A stretch of 64,000 bases of DNA from positions 192,001-256,000 of the forward strand of contig CAXXJV010000002.1 in NCBI GenBank assembly GCA_963663475.2. Reading direction: 5' to 3'. A program made the position numbers and the translations under genes. Below the pieces are notes generated by a model that saw only the letters and a program-made list of their open reading frames with translations, was not told where the DNA came from and made no database searches. Origin of the DNA: Candidatus Cloacimonadales bacterium (lineage in GTDB: Bacteria; Cloacimonadota; Cloacimonadia; Cloacimonadales; JAFGVF01). Of this stretch, positions 1 through 10,548 are shown one piece after another. How positions within the stretch are numbered: position 1 is the stretch's first letter; each line of letters begins with the position of its first letter.

Positions 1-241
1 GCTTATCTTCTATTAGAAAATAGTTCTTTGCTCCAGGATAGGGTGGAGACTCAACAACATTTTCAATAAATTCTCTACCAGCCTTTGTTGGTTTTATATA
101 TAACTTATTATCACATACTAGAGCAAAGATCTTTTTATCCGAATAGATACCATATTCACCAAACATCATTTTATAGCTTATCTGTCCTGCATCATGAATT
201 TGTTCAACAATATAGTCTATCATTTCTTTGTCTGTCGCCAT
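1..241 (-). CDS. TfoX N-terminal domain protein (3' end outside window)
   Basis: Manual translation from ATG at 241 (GAGGAG RBS upstream): MATDKEMIDYIVEQIHDAGQISYKMMFGEYGIYSDKKIFALVCDNKLYIKPTKAG...PPYPGAK; the MFGEYG and CDNKLYIK motifs are typical of TfoX_N. Absent from the ORF track because it is truncated. Confidence 0.85.
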   Translation of the reverse strand, partial: MATDKEMIDYIVEQIHDAGQISYKMMFGEYGIYSDKKIFALVCDNKLYIKPTKAGREFIENVVESPPYPGAKNYFLIEDK

Positions 242-343
242 TGGTAACTCCTCAAAGTTTTATTAATATTTTGAACTATGCTTCAAGAGTCAATCATTAA
301 ATTATTAATTATTGTATTTTCCTTTAAAAATTTAAAGAAGGAC

Positions 344-372
344 TTGACAGATTGAAAGTAAAAAATAATAAT
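344..372 (+). promoter_or_regulatory. Putative sigma70 promoter of the rimP-nusA-infB operon
   Basis: TTGACA (344-349), 17 bp spacer, AATAAT (367-372). Confidence 0.45.
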
Positions 373-442
373 GTATAAGTATGAATAAAATAGAATAAAT
401 AAACAGATAAAATATTGACATAAATGATTTTATGAGAAGTCT

Positions 443-475
443 AACCACTGTGACGAATTGCTAACAGTGGTTTTT
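443..475 (+). terminator. Leader hairpin/intrinsic terminator upstream of rimP (possible attenuator)
   Basis: Stem AACCACTGT (443-451)/ACAGTGGTT (464-472) followed by a T run, ending 22 nt before the rimP start. Confidence 0.55.
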
Positions 476-497
476 AATTTATTATTAAAGGTGTATA

Positions 498-977
498 GTG
501 ATGATAAGTGAAAGAGAAAAAGTATTAGAAGATGTTGCTAAAAGAGCTGCTAAAGAAGCTGGTGTAGCTTTATATGATGTTGAAGAGAAACAGACAAGTC
601 ATGGTTTAGTAGCATTAATATATATTACAAAGATAGGTGGAGTAGCTGTTGAAGATTGCATAACTGTGAACAGGTTAGCAGGCTCAGAACTAGAGTTACT
701 AGACGTCTATAATAAGAAGTACACATTAGAAGTATCTTCACCAGGATTAGAGCGTGATTTGAAGTATAAGAAACACTACGCAAGTGCTATTAATGAAAAG
801 GTTAAGGTGAAATATCAAGCTGAAGAAAATCGTTTAGTGATTGAAGGTACCTTAACAGAAGTAACCCCACAAGCTATCAAAGTTGTTCCTAAGAATGAAG
901 AAGAGGTTGTAATTCCTTTCACTTCTATAAAAAAAGCAAGAACAATATTTGACTTTTCAGATGAGAAGGAGAGATAA
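498..977 (+). CDS. rimP: Ribosome maturation factor RimP
   Basis: GGV..EDC and YTLEVSSPGLER motifs; first gene of the nusA-infB operon. Confidence 0.95.
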   Translation: MMISEREKVLEDVAKRAAKEAGVALYDVEEKQTSHGLVALIYITKIGGVAVEDCITVNRLAGSELELLDVYNKKYTLEVSSPGLERDLKYKKHYASAINEKVKVKYQAEENRLVIEGTLTEVTPQAIKVVPKNEEEVVIPFTSIKKARTIFDFSDEKER

Positions 978-978
978 G

Positions 979-2214
979 ATGAGTTCTAACATATTAGTAG
1001 TATTGAATCAATTGGCCAATTTTAAGCAACTCGATAAAGAGATGCTTACCGAGATAATTAAAGAGAGTTTGTATTCTACAATCTCTAAAAAGCTATCACC
1101 TGAAAATGAGTTAAAGATTCATCTTGACTTTGCAACGAATGATATTTATGCAACCTTTAAGAAGATAGTTGTTCCAATGGATTCTGAATTAGGTGAGATT
1201 TCTTTAGCTGAAGCAAAAAAACAATATGGTAAAGGTATTGAACTTGGTGATGCTGTAGAAGTTAAAATGCACTTCCATGAATTTGGTCCTAAAATTATTA
1301 AGAATGCTAAAAAGGCTATTCAGGAGAGGATTAAAAGTGAAGATGCTAATAAGACATCACTCCATTTCGAAAACCAGAAGCATACTATTGTTACTGGTAA
1401 GGTAAAGTCTGAAGGCTTCAGTGGTATAAAAGTAGATATTGGTTATACAACAGCCCTACTTCCACCCGAAGAACAGATAGAAGAAGAATATTATAAACAA
1501 GGTGATATTATTAAGGCTTATGTTACTAATATTCGCAGAAAAGATTCTCTAGTAACTGTTATTCTATCTAGGACTAATCCTGAGTTTGTTAAGAAATTAT
1601 TTGAAAATGAAATTCCTGAAATTTTCAATGGTGATATAATAATTAAAAAGATTGTTAGAGAGCCAGGAATTAGAACAAAAGTAGAAGTCTATACCGAAAA
1701 AGACCATATTGATGCTGCTGGTTCTTGCTTAGGTACTAAAGGCCTAAGAATAGACTCTATTAGAAAAGAACTCCATGGTGAGCAAATAGATATAGTAGTC
1801 TCTAATCCTAATAGCGATGAGTATGTCGCAAATGCTATCGGCAAGGATTTAGTAGAACGTGTTATTATTTCTGAAAGAGGAAAATTCGCTAGGGTAATTG
1901 TTAAAGAAAAAAATAAAAACCTAGCAATTGGTAAGAAAGGTAAAAATGTTAGATTAGCTGCTAAGTTAACTAATTATAATATTGATATATTTACAAAAGA
2001 AGAGTATAATTCAAAGTTAGCTGAAGAGAGAAGAATCACTAACCATGTTACTGAGCTAGACGGCGTAACTGCTAATACTGCTCAAATTTTGAAAGCACAT
2101 GGTTATACTTCTGTCCAAGATATTTATCTGGCAACTGTAGATGAATTATGTAACTTAGGAAACATCGGTAGAAAGACTGCTGAAAAATTAAAAGAGTCTG
2201 CGGAGGCTTTCTAA
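979..2214 (+). CDS. nusA: Transcription termination/antitermination factor NusA
   Basis: S1/KH motifs (LSRT, EIPEI, REPGIRTK, AIGKKGKNVRLA) plus C-terminal HhH. Start reset to ATG 979 after the AGGAGA RBS. Confidence 0.97.
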   Translation: MSSNILVVLNQLANFKQLDKEMLTEIIKESLYSTISKKLSPENELKIHLDFATNDIYATFKKIVVPMDSELGEISLAEAKKQYGKGIELGDAVEVKMHFHEFGPKIIKNAKKAIQERIKSEDANKTSLHFENQKHTIVTGKVKSEGFSGIKVDIGYTTALLPPEEQIEEEYYKQGDIIKAYVTNIRRKDSLVTVILSRTNPEFVKKLFENEIPEIFNGDIIIKKIVREPGIRTKVEVYTEKDHIDAAGSCLGTKGLRIDSIRKELHGEQIDIVVSNPNSDEYVANAIGKDLVERVIISERGKFARVIVKEKNKNLAIGKKGKNVRLAAKLTNYNIDIFTKEEYNSKLAEERRITNHVTELDGVTANTAQILKAHGYTSVQDIYLATVDELCNLGNIGRKTAEKLKESAEAF

Positions 2215-2215
2215 G

Positions 2216-2449
2216 TTGTGTTGTGAATCTCACAAGCCTATCCGTACTTGTGTAGTTTGTCGAGAAAAGGATTATCAAGCAAATCTGATTAGATTTCAAG
2301 TAATTGATAATAACCTAGTTTTCGATTTAAAGAGACTACTTACTGGTAGAGGATATTATGTTTGTGATAATAACCAATGTATAGAGAAGTTATCTATATG
2401 GAAACAAAAGAGATTAAAGAGGTTGCAGAAAAAACAGAAGAGAAACTAA
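2216..2449 (+). CDS. ylxR: YlxR/RnpM family (DUF448) nucleic-acid-binding protein
   Basis: PIRTCVVCR, LIRF and GRGYYVC motifs; canonical position after nusA. Confidence 0.88.
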   Translation: MCCESHKPIRTCVVCREKDYQANLIRFQVIDNNLVFDLKRLLTGRGYYVCDNNQCIEKLSIWKQKRLKRLQKKQKRN

Positions 2450-2727
2450 TAAGACTTCTTCAATTTGCCCGGAGAGCAGGTAAATTGAAGTTTGGGATAA
2501 GTATGCTCAAGACTTTGAATAGAAAGATAAAAGTTATAATAATAAGTAAAGACATATCGGAAAATAATTTGAAAAAAATTACTAGATTTAATGATTCGAA
2601 AAGCCCTATAATTCAGATAAGATCAATGCAAAGTATTGGTAAAAGTATTGGCCATGAACCCGTGAGTGTTATTGTAATAACCGATACAGACTTTTCGAAT
2701 GGAATATTGAAATTAATAACTCACTAA
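2398..2727 (+). CDS. L7Ae/YlxQ family RNA-binding protein
   Basis: LLQFARRAGKLKFG, IIISKDISEN and IGKSIG...VIVITD motifs; lies between ylxR and infB. Start uncertain (2377 or 2398). Confidence 0.82.
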   Translation: METKEIKEVAEKTEEKLIRLLQFARRAGKLKFGISMLKTLNRKIKVIIISKDISENNLKKITRFNDSKSPIIQIRSMQSIGKSIGHEPVSVIVITDTDFSNGILKLITH

Positions 2728-2739
2728 TTGGGAGGAATA

Positions 2740-5535
2740 TTGTCTAATACCAGAGTACATGAACTTGCTAAAGAGTTAAAAATTTCTGCTTCTGCCTTGA
2801 AAAAGACTTTAGCCGATTTAGGTATTGTCGTTAAGAGCCATATGAGTTTGCTCGATGATGATGTGGCAACAAAAATTAGAGCTATGTTTAATGATCAAAT
2901 ATCAGCTAATAAAAAGCATGATAAAGAGGATGCACAACGACAAATAAAAGCTCAAGAAGATAAAGCAAGAGAAAAAAAGAAAGAAGTTGAAGAAGAAAGG
3001 GCTAAGGCTGCTAAAGCAGTTAAGAAAGATGAAACAGCCCAAGTTAAGAAAGAAAAGAATGATACTAAAAGAAATGAGAAAGTAGTTAAAGATAATTCTA
3101 GTCTTGAACAAGATACGAAAAATCGACCATCTCATAAAAAAGAAAGTAATAAAGATCATTCTTCTACAAAGAAAGCAAAAGAAGAACCAAAGACTAACGC
3201 TATTCCTATGGCTTCAACTGCTAGTATTTTAGCTCAGCTAAAGAAGAAAAGTCAGCCTGCAACTACTGATTCTTATTATCATGTTGATAATGTTGAAGAA
3301 AGAAAAGCTAATCAACAGAAAAATAATGATAATAGAGATAATAGAAGAGGTGGCTATCGTAGTGATAACCAAAATAGAGACAAAAGAAAGCCATTCACTA
3401 AAGATGGTGGACGTCCTCCTTATGATAAAAAACCAGGTTTTGCTGGCAAAGATGGTGGTCGTAAATTTGATTCTAAAAAGAGGGATTCTCATAATATTAA
3501 GAACTCAGTTATTGCTCCTAGTATTGCCCCAGCTAATGATTTAGCTAATAAACCAGAAATTTCTAAAAAGTTTGGCAAGAATAAGAAATCATCAAAAGAT
3601 TTTGGTGATACTAGTAGACACTTGCAAAACAAAATTAAATCTGCAAAGAAAAGAGATAAATATACTAATATTCCAGTAGAACTTGATGAATCTCAAATTT
3701 CAAAGAATATTAAGATGACACTTAAAAAGACTAAGAAAGTTAAAAAATATCATAAAGAATCTAAGCAAAAACAGCTTCCAGATGATGCAATAGTAAAGAT
3801 TTCAGAATTTACTTCAGTTAGTGAATTAGCTAATATTCTTGGTGTTGCTGCTACTGATATTATTGCAAAATTCTTTGGCTTAGGTCAGATGGTTACTATC
3901 AATCAAAGATTAGATCGTGATTCTCTAGAACTTATGTGTGCTGAATTTGGTATTGACTATGAGTTTGAAGATGAAGTAGGAGAAGAAATCATCTACAAGG
4001 ATGCAGAAGTCTTTGAAGATGCTGAAGAAGTTGAAAGACCTCCTATTGTTACAATTATGGGACATGTTGACCATGGTAAAACTTCAATATTAGATTACAT
4101 CAGAAATGAAAATGTAGTTGCTGGTGAATCTGGTGGTATTACTCAACACATTGGTGCTTATCAAATTTCCTATAATGATAGAAAAATTACCTTCTTAGAT
4201 ACTCCAGGTCATGAAGCATTTTCAGCAATGAGAGCTCGTGGAGCTAATGTTACAGATATAGCTGTAATTGTTGTTGCGGCTACTGATGGTGTAATGCCAC
4301 AAACTATTGAGGCTATAGATCATGCTAAGGCTTCTGGTGTAACTCTCATTATTGCTATTAATAAGATTGATCTTCCTAATGTGAATATCGATAAAACAAT
4401 ATCTCAACTTTTAGAAAAAGGAATTTATCTTGAAGGTTATGGTGGTGATGTTTTATGGACTAAATGTTCAGCTCATACAGGTGAAGGAATTAATGATCTC
4501 TTGGATTTAATGCTTTTAACTACTGATGTTGAAGAGTATAAAGCTAAAAAAGATATTCCTGGTGAAGGAATAGTTATTGAATCTGAAAAAGATGCTAGTA
4601 TGGGAACTATAATTACTCTCCTTCTTCGTCAGGGTTCTATAAAGAAAGGTGATTCAATTATTTGTGGATCAACTTATGGTAAAGTTAGAAAACTTGAAGA
4701 TGAGAGGGGCAAAGAACTCAAAAAGTTAGGTCCGTCTGATGTAGCTAGACTTTATGGTCTTAATGATGTGCCAAAAGCTGGTGATATTCTTAATGTTGTT
4801 GAATCTGACAAGGTAGCTAAAAATATCTCATCTGAAAGAACAATTATCAGAAGAGAAAGAGAAAACTTCCAAAACAAGGCTAGTTTGCATAATATTTTTG
4901 ATAGGATTAAAGAGAATGAAACTCTTACTATTGATCTTATCGTAAAAGCTGATACAGATGGTTCTGTAGAAGCTCTTTGTGATTCCTTTGAAAAGTTATC
5001 AACAGACCAAATTAAAGTGCAAATTATCCGTAAATCAGTTGGTGGTATAAATGAGGCTGATGTTTCTTTAGCTTCTGCTTCTAATGCTATTATAATTGGT
5101 TTCCATGTTCGTACTAACGGCAAGGCTCAGAAGTTAGCTGAACTTGAAGGTGTAGAAATAAAACTCTATCATATTATTTATGATGCTATAGAAGAGCTTA
5201 GATCTGCTATGGAAGGTATGTTAGCACCTAAGCTAGTTGAAAAAGCAACTGGTTCAGCAAGAGTAAAAGAAGTTTTCAAAATCAAGAAAGTTGGAAATAT
5301 TGCGGGTTGTGCTGTGGAGACAGGATATATTGAAAATTCAGGTAAGGCTCGTATTTATAGAAATGATGTTATGCTCTATGAAGGTAAGTTATCTTCATTA
5401 AAACACTTCGCAAATGATGTCAAAGTTGTAAAAGCAGGTACTGAGTGTGGTATTGGTTTTGAGAACTTTAATGATCTTAAAGAAGGTGATGTAATTGAAT
5501 CTTACATCGAAGTAGAAGAAAAACAAAAGTTGTAA
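2740..5535 (+). CDS. infB: Translation initiation factor IF-2
   Basis: [10 protein letters not shown]-terminus; [13 protein letters not shown] and NKID GTPase motifs; TTG start at 2740 after GGAGG. Confidence 0.98.
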   Translation: MSNTRVHELAKELKISASALKKTLADLGIVVKSHMSLLDDDVATKIRAMFNDQISANKKHDKEDAQRQIKAQEDKAREKKKEVEEERAKAAKAVKKDETAQVKKEKNDTKRNEKVVKDNSSLEQDTKNRPSHKKESNKDHSSTKKAKEEPKTNAIPMASTASILAQLKKKSQPATTDSYYHVDNVEERKANQQKNNDNRDNRRGGYRSDNQNRDKRKPFTKDGGRPPYDKKPGFAGKDGGRKFDSKKRDSHNIKNSVIAPSIAPANDLANKPEISKKFGKNKKSSKDFGDTSRHLQNKIKSAKKRDKYTNIPVELDESQISKNIKMTLKKTKKVKKYHKESKQKQLPDDAIVKISEFTSVSELANILGVAATDIIAKFFGLGQMVTINQRLDRDSLELMCAEFGIDYEFEDEVGEEIIYKDAEVFEDAEEVERPPIVTIMGHVDHGKTSILDYIRNENVVAGESGGITQHIGAYQISYNDRKITFLDTPGHEAFSAMRARGANVTDIAVIVVAATDGVMPQTIEAIDHAKASGVTLIIAINKIDLPNVNIDKTISQLLEKGIYLEGYGGDVLWTKCSAHTGEGINDLLDLMLLTTDVEEYKAKKDIPGEGIVIESEKDASMGTIITLLLRQGSIKKGDSIICGSTYGKVRKLEDERGKELKKLGPSDVARLYGLNDVPKAGDILNVVESDKVAKNISSERTIIRRERENFQNKASLHNIFDRIKENETLTIDLIVKADTDGSVEALCDSFEKLSTDQIKVQIIRKSVGGINEADVSLASASNAIIIGFHVRTNGKAQKLAELEGVEIKLYHIIYDAIEELRSAMEGMLAPKLVEKATGSARVKEVFKIKKVGNIAGCAVETGYIENSGKARIYRNDVMLYEGKLSSLKHFANDVKVVKAGTECGIGFENFNDLKEGDVIESYIEVEEKQKL

Positions 5536-5536
5536 T

Positions 5537-5896
5537 ATGGCATCAATAAAAATATTAAGATTACAGAAAGAACTAAAAAAACTGTTCAATACTACTGTAT
5601 TATATAGTCTTAGAGATGAACGTCTGAAAAGTGTCTTCTTTTCAGACGTTGAAGTCTCTCCCGATTTACGGCAAGCAAAAATCTATTTCTATGATAATGT
5701 GTCTGATTTATCTCAAGAAGAAATGATTGATTGTTTAACAAGAGCATCTGGTCAGTTTAAAAAACATATAGCAGATGCTAAAATAATGAGAATTATTCCT
5801 GATCTTAGATTCTATTATGATAAATCACAAGACAACTTGATGAAAATTGAATCTATTTTTGATAAAATTCATAGAGAAGACGATGAATCAGAATAA
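5537..5896 (+). CDS. rbfA: Ribosome-binding factor A
   Basis: LRDERL, VEVSPDLRQAKIY and PDLRFYYD motifs; follows infB. Confidence 0.93.
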   Translation: MASIKILRLQKELKKLFNTTVLYSLRDERLKSVFFSDVEVSPDLRQAKIYFYDNVSDLSQEEMIDCLTRASGQFKKHIADAKIMRIIPDLRFYYDKSQDNLMKIESIFDKIHREDDESE

Positions 5897-6893
5897 GATA
5901 AGTAATTTGGAAGAATTACATTCCAAACTATACACTATGCTGTCCTACGTAAAAGATGGCCAATCTTTTGCTATTATTACCCATAATAACCCAGATGGGG
6001 ATGGTTTGGCTGCTTGTTTAGGTATGAGAAGATTTTTTGCTGCTAAGCAGATTAATCTGGATATTGTCTTGCAAGGGGAAAGTCTAGATAAGTTAAGCTT
6101 TTTAGAAGTTGATAAGCACACAAAAGATCTAACAGATGATATGACCTACGATAATTTGCTGATTATTGATTGTCATGGTTATGATAGGATAAATGAAGCC
6201 AAAATTTTAGTTGAGAGAGCCAAAAGAATTCTTGTCATTGATCATCACATTATTACCAGCATAGTAGATAATGCAGATTATTATATCAATAGCCAGGCAA
6301 CATCTGTAGGTATCATTATCTATAATCTATTAAAGAATGAACTTAGATCAATAGATAAGGATAGTCAAAAGTATTTTGCCCAAGCTATTTACACAACTAT
6401 CATTAATGATACTAATAACTTTCTAAATACTAATGTAAATCAAGAAGTCTTTCAAGTTTGTCAAGAACTACTAGACTATGATATCAGCCCAGCTGACATT
6501 AGCTTGAAATTTCTTTATGAGAAAGAAGCAAGTGAATTCAAGATGATTGGTCAAAGCTTAGCTACAATACAAATGCATCATGATGATAAAACTCTTATCT
6601 TTCATACAAAACGTGAATTCTTAGATAGTAATCACTTAGATGATTCAGCAACATCAAAAATGACTCAATGGGTTAAAGGGGTTAAAGATGTTGAAGTTGT
6701 TATTTATTACTGGCATAAAACTAGTAATGAGTATAAGTTTTCTCTTAGATCTGAAAGACATAATGTACAAGAGATTGCTAAGTTATTTGGTGGTGGTGGT
6801 CACGACAAGGCTGCTGGTTTTACTGCCATAGGAAATATTGAAGAGATAATAACTAAGGTGTTGACAGAGATTAAAAATAGAATTTATGGATAA
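5883..6893 (+). CDS. nrnA: DHH/DHHA1 phosphoesterase (NrnA-like oligoribonuclease/pAp phosphatase)
   Basis: HNNPDGD, IDHH, SLRS and GGGGH..AAG motifs; rbfA-nrnA-truB synteny. Confidence 0.88.
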   Translation: MNQNKISNLEELHSKLYTMLSYVKDGQSFAIITHNNPDGDGLAACLGMRRFFAAKQINLDIVLQGESLDKLSFLEVDKHTKDLTDDMTYDNLLIIDCHGYDRINEAKILVERAKRILVIDHHIITSIVDNADYYINSQATSVGIIIYNLLKNELRSIDKDSQKYFAQAIYTTIINDTNNFLNTNVNQEVFQVCQELLDYDISPADISLKFLYEKEASEFKMIGQSLATIQMHHDDKTLIFHTKREFLDSNHLDDSATSKMTQWVKGVKDVEVVIYYWHKTSNEYKFSLRSERHNVQEIAKLFGGGGHDKAAGFTAIGNIEEIITKVLTEIKNRIYG

Positions 6894-7743
6894 ACTAGGC
6901 ATCCTTTTAATTAATAAGCCAGTAGGAATAACTTCATTTGATATTATTAGACGGCTGAGACGAATAACCAATATTAAACAAATTGGTCATGCAGGAACTC
7001 TTGACCCTTTTGCTGAAGGTTTAATGCAAATTCTTGTTGGTAAAGCAACTAAGTTTGCTCAATACCTAACCAACTATGATAAATCTTATCAGGTTACAAT
7101 GCAGTTTGGAATAAAAACTGATACAGGTGATACTAGTGGAGAAATTATTAAAGAAAGCATGATAGAAGACTTAATTATTGATCCCATTCTTCTCAAAGAA
7201 CAAGTTGAAGCTCTAACTGAACAAGTTCCACCTATATATTCAGCAATAAAAGTTAATGGTCAAAGAGCCTATAAACTTGCAAGAAAGAAGGCAGACATTG
7301 CTATGAAAGCCAGACCAATAAAGGTAAGAGATTTCTTGCTTATAGATTATTCTTTCCCCTTTTTAACATATAAATGTAAGGTAAGTAAAGGTACTTATAT
7401 TAGGTCTCTTACTGAGCAGATAGCTGACATGTATTCAACTATTGCTACTACTATAAAATTAGACCGTTTATCAGTATCAGATAGTCAATTATCAGATGCA
7501 GTTAATTTGGACGATTTAACAGCAGAAAATTGGTTTGACTACTTACTTCCTGTTGATAGATTTATAGAGTGGCCTGTTATCCAACTAAATCAAGCAGAAG
7601 TTGATGACTTCTGGTACGGAAGAGAAATCAAGTTGCCTAAACAAGCTGATGCAGAATTAGTGATTGTTAAGCATAATCAAGAGACCAAAGGGATAGGTAG
7701 GTTAGTTAACTCTGTTTTGCAACCTAAAAAGGTATTCAAATAA
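6886..7743 (+). CDS. truB: tRNA pseudouridine(55) synthase
   Basis: KPVGITS, GHAGTLDPFAEG, PPIYSAIK and SKGTYIRSL motifs. Confidence 0.97.
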   Translation: MDKLGILLINKPVGITSFDIIRRLRRITNIKQIGHAGTLDPFAEGLMQILVGKATKFAQYLTNYDKSYQVTMQFGIKTDTGDTSGEIIKESMIEDLIIDPILLKEQVEALTEQVPPIYSAIKVNGQRAYKLARKKADIAMKARPIKVRDFLLIDYSFPFLTYKCKVSKGTYIRSLTEQIADMYSTIATTIKLDRLSVSDSQLSDAVNLDDLTAENWFDYLLPVDRFIEWPVIQLNQAEVDDFWYGREIKLPKQADAELVIVKHNQETKGIGRLVNSVLQPKKVFK

Positions 7744-8651
7744 TGAAAGACTTTGTTTTAACTGTAGGAAATTTTGATGGGGTTCATTTAGGGCACTGTA
7801 AGTTACTTAGTAAGCTCTTACAAGTTGCAGAAGATTATCAAGCTCAACCCTTAATCGTAACCTACCAAACTCATCCTAAGATTACTTTAGATGAAACACC
7901 AAAAGCTTATCTTTTAACTACAACAAGTCAGAAAATTTCTTTGCTTAACCAATGTGGCTTTGATCATATCGAACTACTTAATTTTACCAAAGAATTTGCT
8001 GATATGCCTCCTTATGAGTTTTTGAAAAATGAATTAATCGAAAAATTTCATCCCAAGGCTATTGTACTAGGTTATGATACTAAATTTGGGAAAAATAGAC
8101 AGGGTGATTATGACTTTATAAAAAATCATGAAAGTGAATTTTCTTATAAAACTTTTCAAGTTGAACCACTATCTATCAACAATACTATAGTCTCTTCTTC
8201 AATTATTAGGCAATTAATCAAAGAAGGCCAATTATTTAAAGCAAATGAGTTTTTAGGTAGATTATTTTCTTTTTGGGGTAAAATAATAGAAGGTAAGCGT
8301 CTTGGCAGAAGACTAGGCTATCCAACCATTAATATTAAGGCATTAACAGCTTCTCAGCTTACACCTCCTGATGGTGTTTATCTTACAAAGACATATACTA
8401 ATGATGGTCAATACTTTAGTATTACTAATATTGGTAAGAATCCAACAGTGAGTAATTCTCTTGACCAGAAAATTGAATCTTATATCTTGGATTTTAATAA
8501 AGAAATTTATGGTCAGGTAGTAGAGACCAGATTCATAAAGAAACTTCGTGATGAAATGAAATACTCCAGTATTGATGAACTAAAACATGCTATTGCAACA
8601 GATGTAGTTAATTCCAGAAGGATGATTAATGAACTTAAAGATACTCTTTAA
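7743..8651 (+). CDS. ribF: Bifunctional riboflavin kinase/FAD synthetase
   Basis: GNFDGVHLGH, VSSSIIR and GRRLGYPTIN motifs. Confidence 0.97.
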   Translation: MKDFVLTVGNFDGVHLGHCKLLSKLLQVAEDYQAQPLIVTYQTHPKITLDETPKAYLLTTTSQKISLLNQCGFDHIELLNFTKEFADMPPYEFLKNELIEKFHPKAIVLGYDTKFGKNRQGDYDFIKNHESEFSYKTFQVEPLSINNTIVSSSIIRQLIKEGQLFKANEFLGRLFSFWGKIIEGKRLGRRLGYPTINIKALTASQLTPPDGVYLTKTYTNDGQYFSITNIGKNPTVSNSLDQKIESYILDFNKEIYGQVVETRFIKKLRDEMKYSSIDELKHAIATDVVNSRRMINELKDTL

Positions 8652-10542
8652 ATGGCTTATATTCTTAAGTATGTTAAATGTTACTTGCCTGTTCTCAATT
8701 GAAAGAATTGAAACCCAGCAAATATTAAGTACACCCAGAGACTATTCCCTTTCCTATTTCGAAAATGATACAGCTATTTCTCATTGGTATGGCTCCGATA
8801 CTTGGGCAGTGAAAATTGTTGCTGAAGATTTTAGACCTAATGTTCTTTCAATGACTATTAATGCTGTTAATATTTATTTCCCAACTATTCCAGAAAATCC
8901 TGTTAATATAAGAGCTTTTACTTATGATGAAGATTCTGAGTTAGACCCTTTATTTGGAGATTTAATATCTCAACTAAATCTTCAGAATATAACAATTAAT
9001 GAAATAGGCTGGAATACCTTCCCTCTTACAGGCTCTTATACAGGCCAAGGCATTTGGCTAATTGTAGATAATGTAACTAATTTTTCTGATAATTTTATGG
9101 CTACTACAGCAGGAGAGGGCACTAACAGTTTCTATAAGATTAGTCAAAATGGAGATGTTGCTTTTAATAGCTTCTATGATATAAATGTAAGACAAGAACT
9201 TCTCTATTCTGTTGATGGTTATTTGAACTTAGATTATGATATAGTAGCAGACTCAATAAGAGTGGAATTGCTTGATGTAGCTGTAGATTATAGTCATGAA
9301 GATTTATGGGAATATAAGTATAATATTAGAAATTACTCAGAAGAAAATTTAACTAATGCAGTAATGGAAATTGAAATTCAACATCCTGATCCAGAAGTCT
9401 ATGATACTACCTATACTTATCTTGAATTAAATATACCAGCTTTATCTGATACAAATCATGAGAGCCAAGAGCCAATTTATCTACAGTTACCTATAGAAGA
9501 TTCTCAATATAAAATAACTAGCAGACTACTCAGTGCTTATGATGGCTATCTTCTAGATTCTGATTTATTCAAGGTAACTAATTTTTCTCAAGATTCTGAT
9601 CTAGCAATTATTATGAATTTCTTATCTGCAAACTATGAATTAACAGAGGGACTTTTGGAAAGTCAAAGAGAATTAGCTCAATCCAACTGGTTAATCTTTA
9701 ACTATGGTATTGATGGTTCTGACCAGCTTTTCTATTCTGACTATGCTTATAATTATTATCAAAGTTTAGATATAAATCTAAATCCTTTAACTCTCATTAA
9801 TGGTACAAAATATTTCAATAGCTATAACCTGCCTGCTCTTGAAGCAAACTTGGAAAATAATATCTATTATATTCCTAAAGTTTTTGATATTAGCGATGAA
9901 GGTCTAGAAGAAGAAGACTCAAGTCTCATATATTTTTCTCACTTTAATTATGGACAAAGATATGTTTTTGATACTTTTACAGATGACTTAGCTATGGATG
10001 TCTTTATATCACAGAAAACTAAGCATTATTCTGAAGCAGGTGATGAATTTATCCTTAGCCAAGTAAGTGATGCCTATGCTGATTTTCAACGACTAAATGA
10101 AGAAGGAGAAGGTTACTTCGAATTCTCATATGATACTGACAGTGTAGATAGTCTTATGACTAATGCTAATGGGGAAAAATTTGCTAATGTAATTATTTAT
10201 AGACAGGATTCTAATGAAATTGTCAGCTATCATAGATATAATTTAATAAATAATGTATTAGTCTCTAACCAAGATAATGATCTTCCTAGTCTAGCTCCAA
10301 TTACTATTTATCCTAACCCAATAAATAATGGAAAATACTTTAACATAAAGACTAGTGGAAAAGAAAAAATAGATTTTGTTAGCTTGTATAACCTCAGAGG
10401 ACAGAAAGTTGCCAAGCTTAAGTACGATAATTCTCGTCTTACTTTACCTAAAAATATTGCAAGTGGAATCTATTTCTTAAGAGCTACATATCAAAACTCT
10501 CGTAAAAGTCCTCTGCGCAAATTATCAATTATTAAGGAGTAA
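8629..10542 (+). CDS. Secreted acidic protein with C-terminal T9SS-type-A-like sorting/Ig domain
   Basis: N-terminal signal peptide; C-terminal IYPNP...YNLRGQKV...SGIYFLR...RKLSIIKE motif. Confidence 0.75.
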   Translation: MNLKILFKWLIFLSMLNVTCLFSIERIETQQILSTPRDYSLSYFENDTAISHWYGSDTWAVKIVAEDFRPNVLSMTINAVNIYFPTIPENPVNIRAFTYDEDSELDPLFGDLISQLNLQNITINEIGWNTFPLTGSYTGQGIWLIVDNVTNFSDNFMATTAGEGTNSFYKISQNGDVAFNSFYDINVRQELLYSVDGYLNLDYDIVADSIRVELLDVAVDYSHEDLWEYKYNIRNYSEENLTNAVMEIEIQHPDPEVYDTTYTYLELNIPALSDTNHESQEPIYLQLPIEDSQYKITSRLLSAYDGYLLDSDLFKVTNFSQDSDLAIIMNFLSANYELTEGLLESQRELAQSNWLIFNYGIDGSDQLFYSDYAYNYYQSLDINLNPLTLINGTKYFNSYNLPALEANLENNIYYIPKVFDISDEGLEEEDSSLIYFSHFNYGQRYVFDTFTDDLAMDVFISQKTKHYSEAGDEFILSQVSDAYADFQRLNEEGEGYFEFSYDTDSVDSLMTNANGEKFANVIIYRQDSNEIVSYHRYNLINNVLVSNQDNDLPSLAPITIYPNPINNGKYFNIKTSGKEKIDFVSLYNLRGQKVAKLKYDNSRLTLPKNIASGIYFLRATYQNSRKSPLRKLSIIKE

Positions 10543-10548
10543 TATTTA

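Noticed and set aside
85-300. 71 aa plus-strand ORF
   Set aside because: It is the antisense shadow of the TfoX-domain gene at 1-241.
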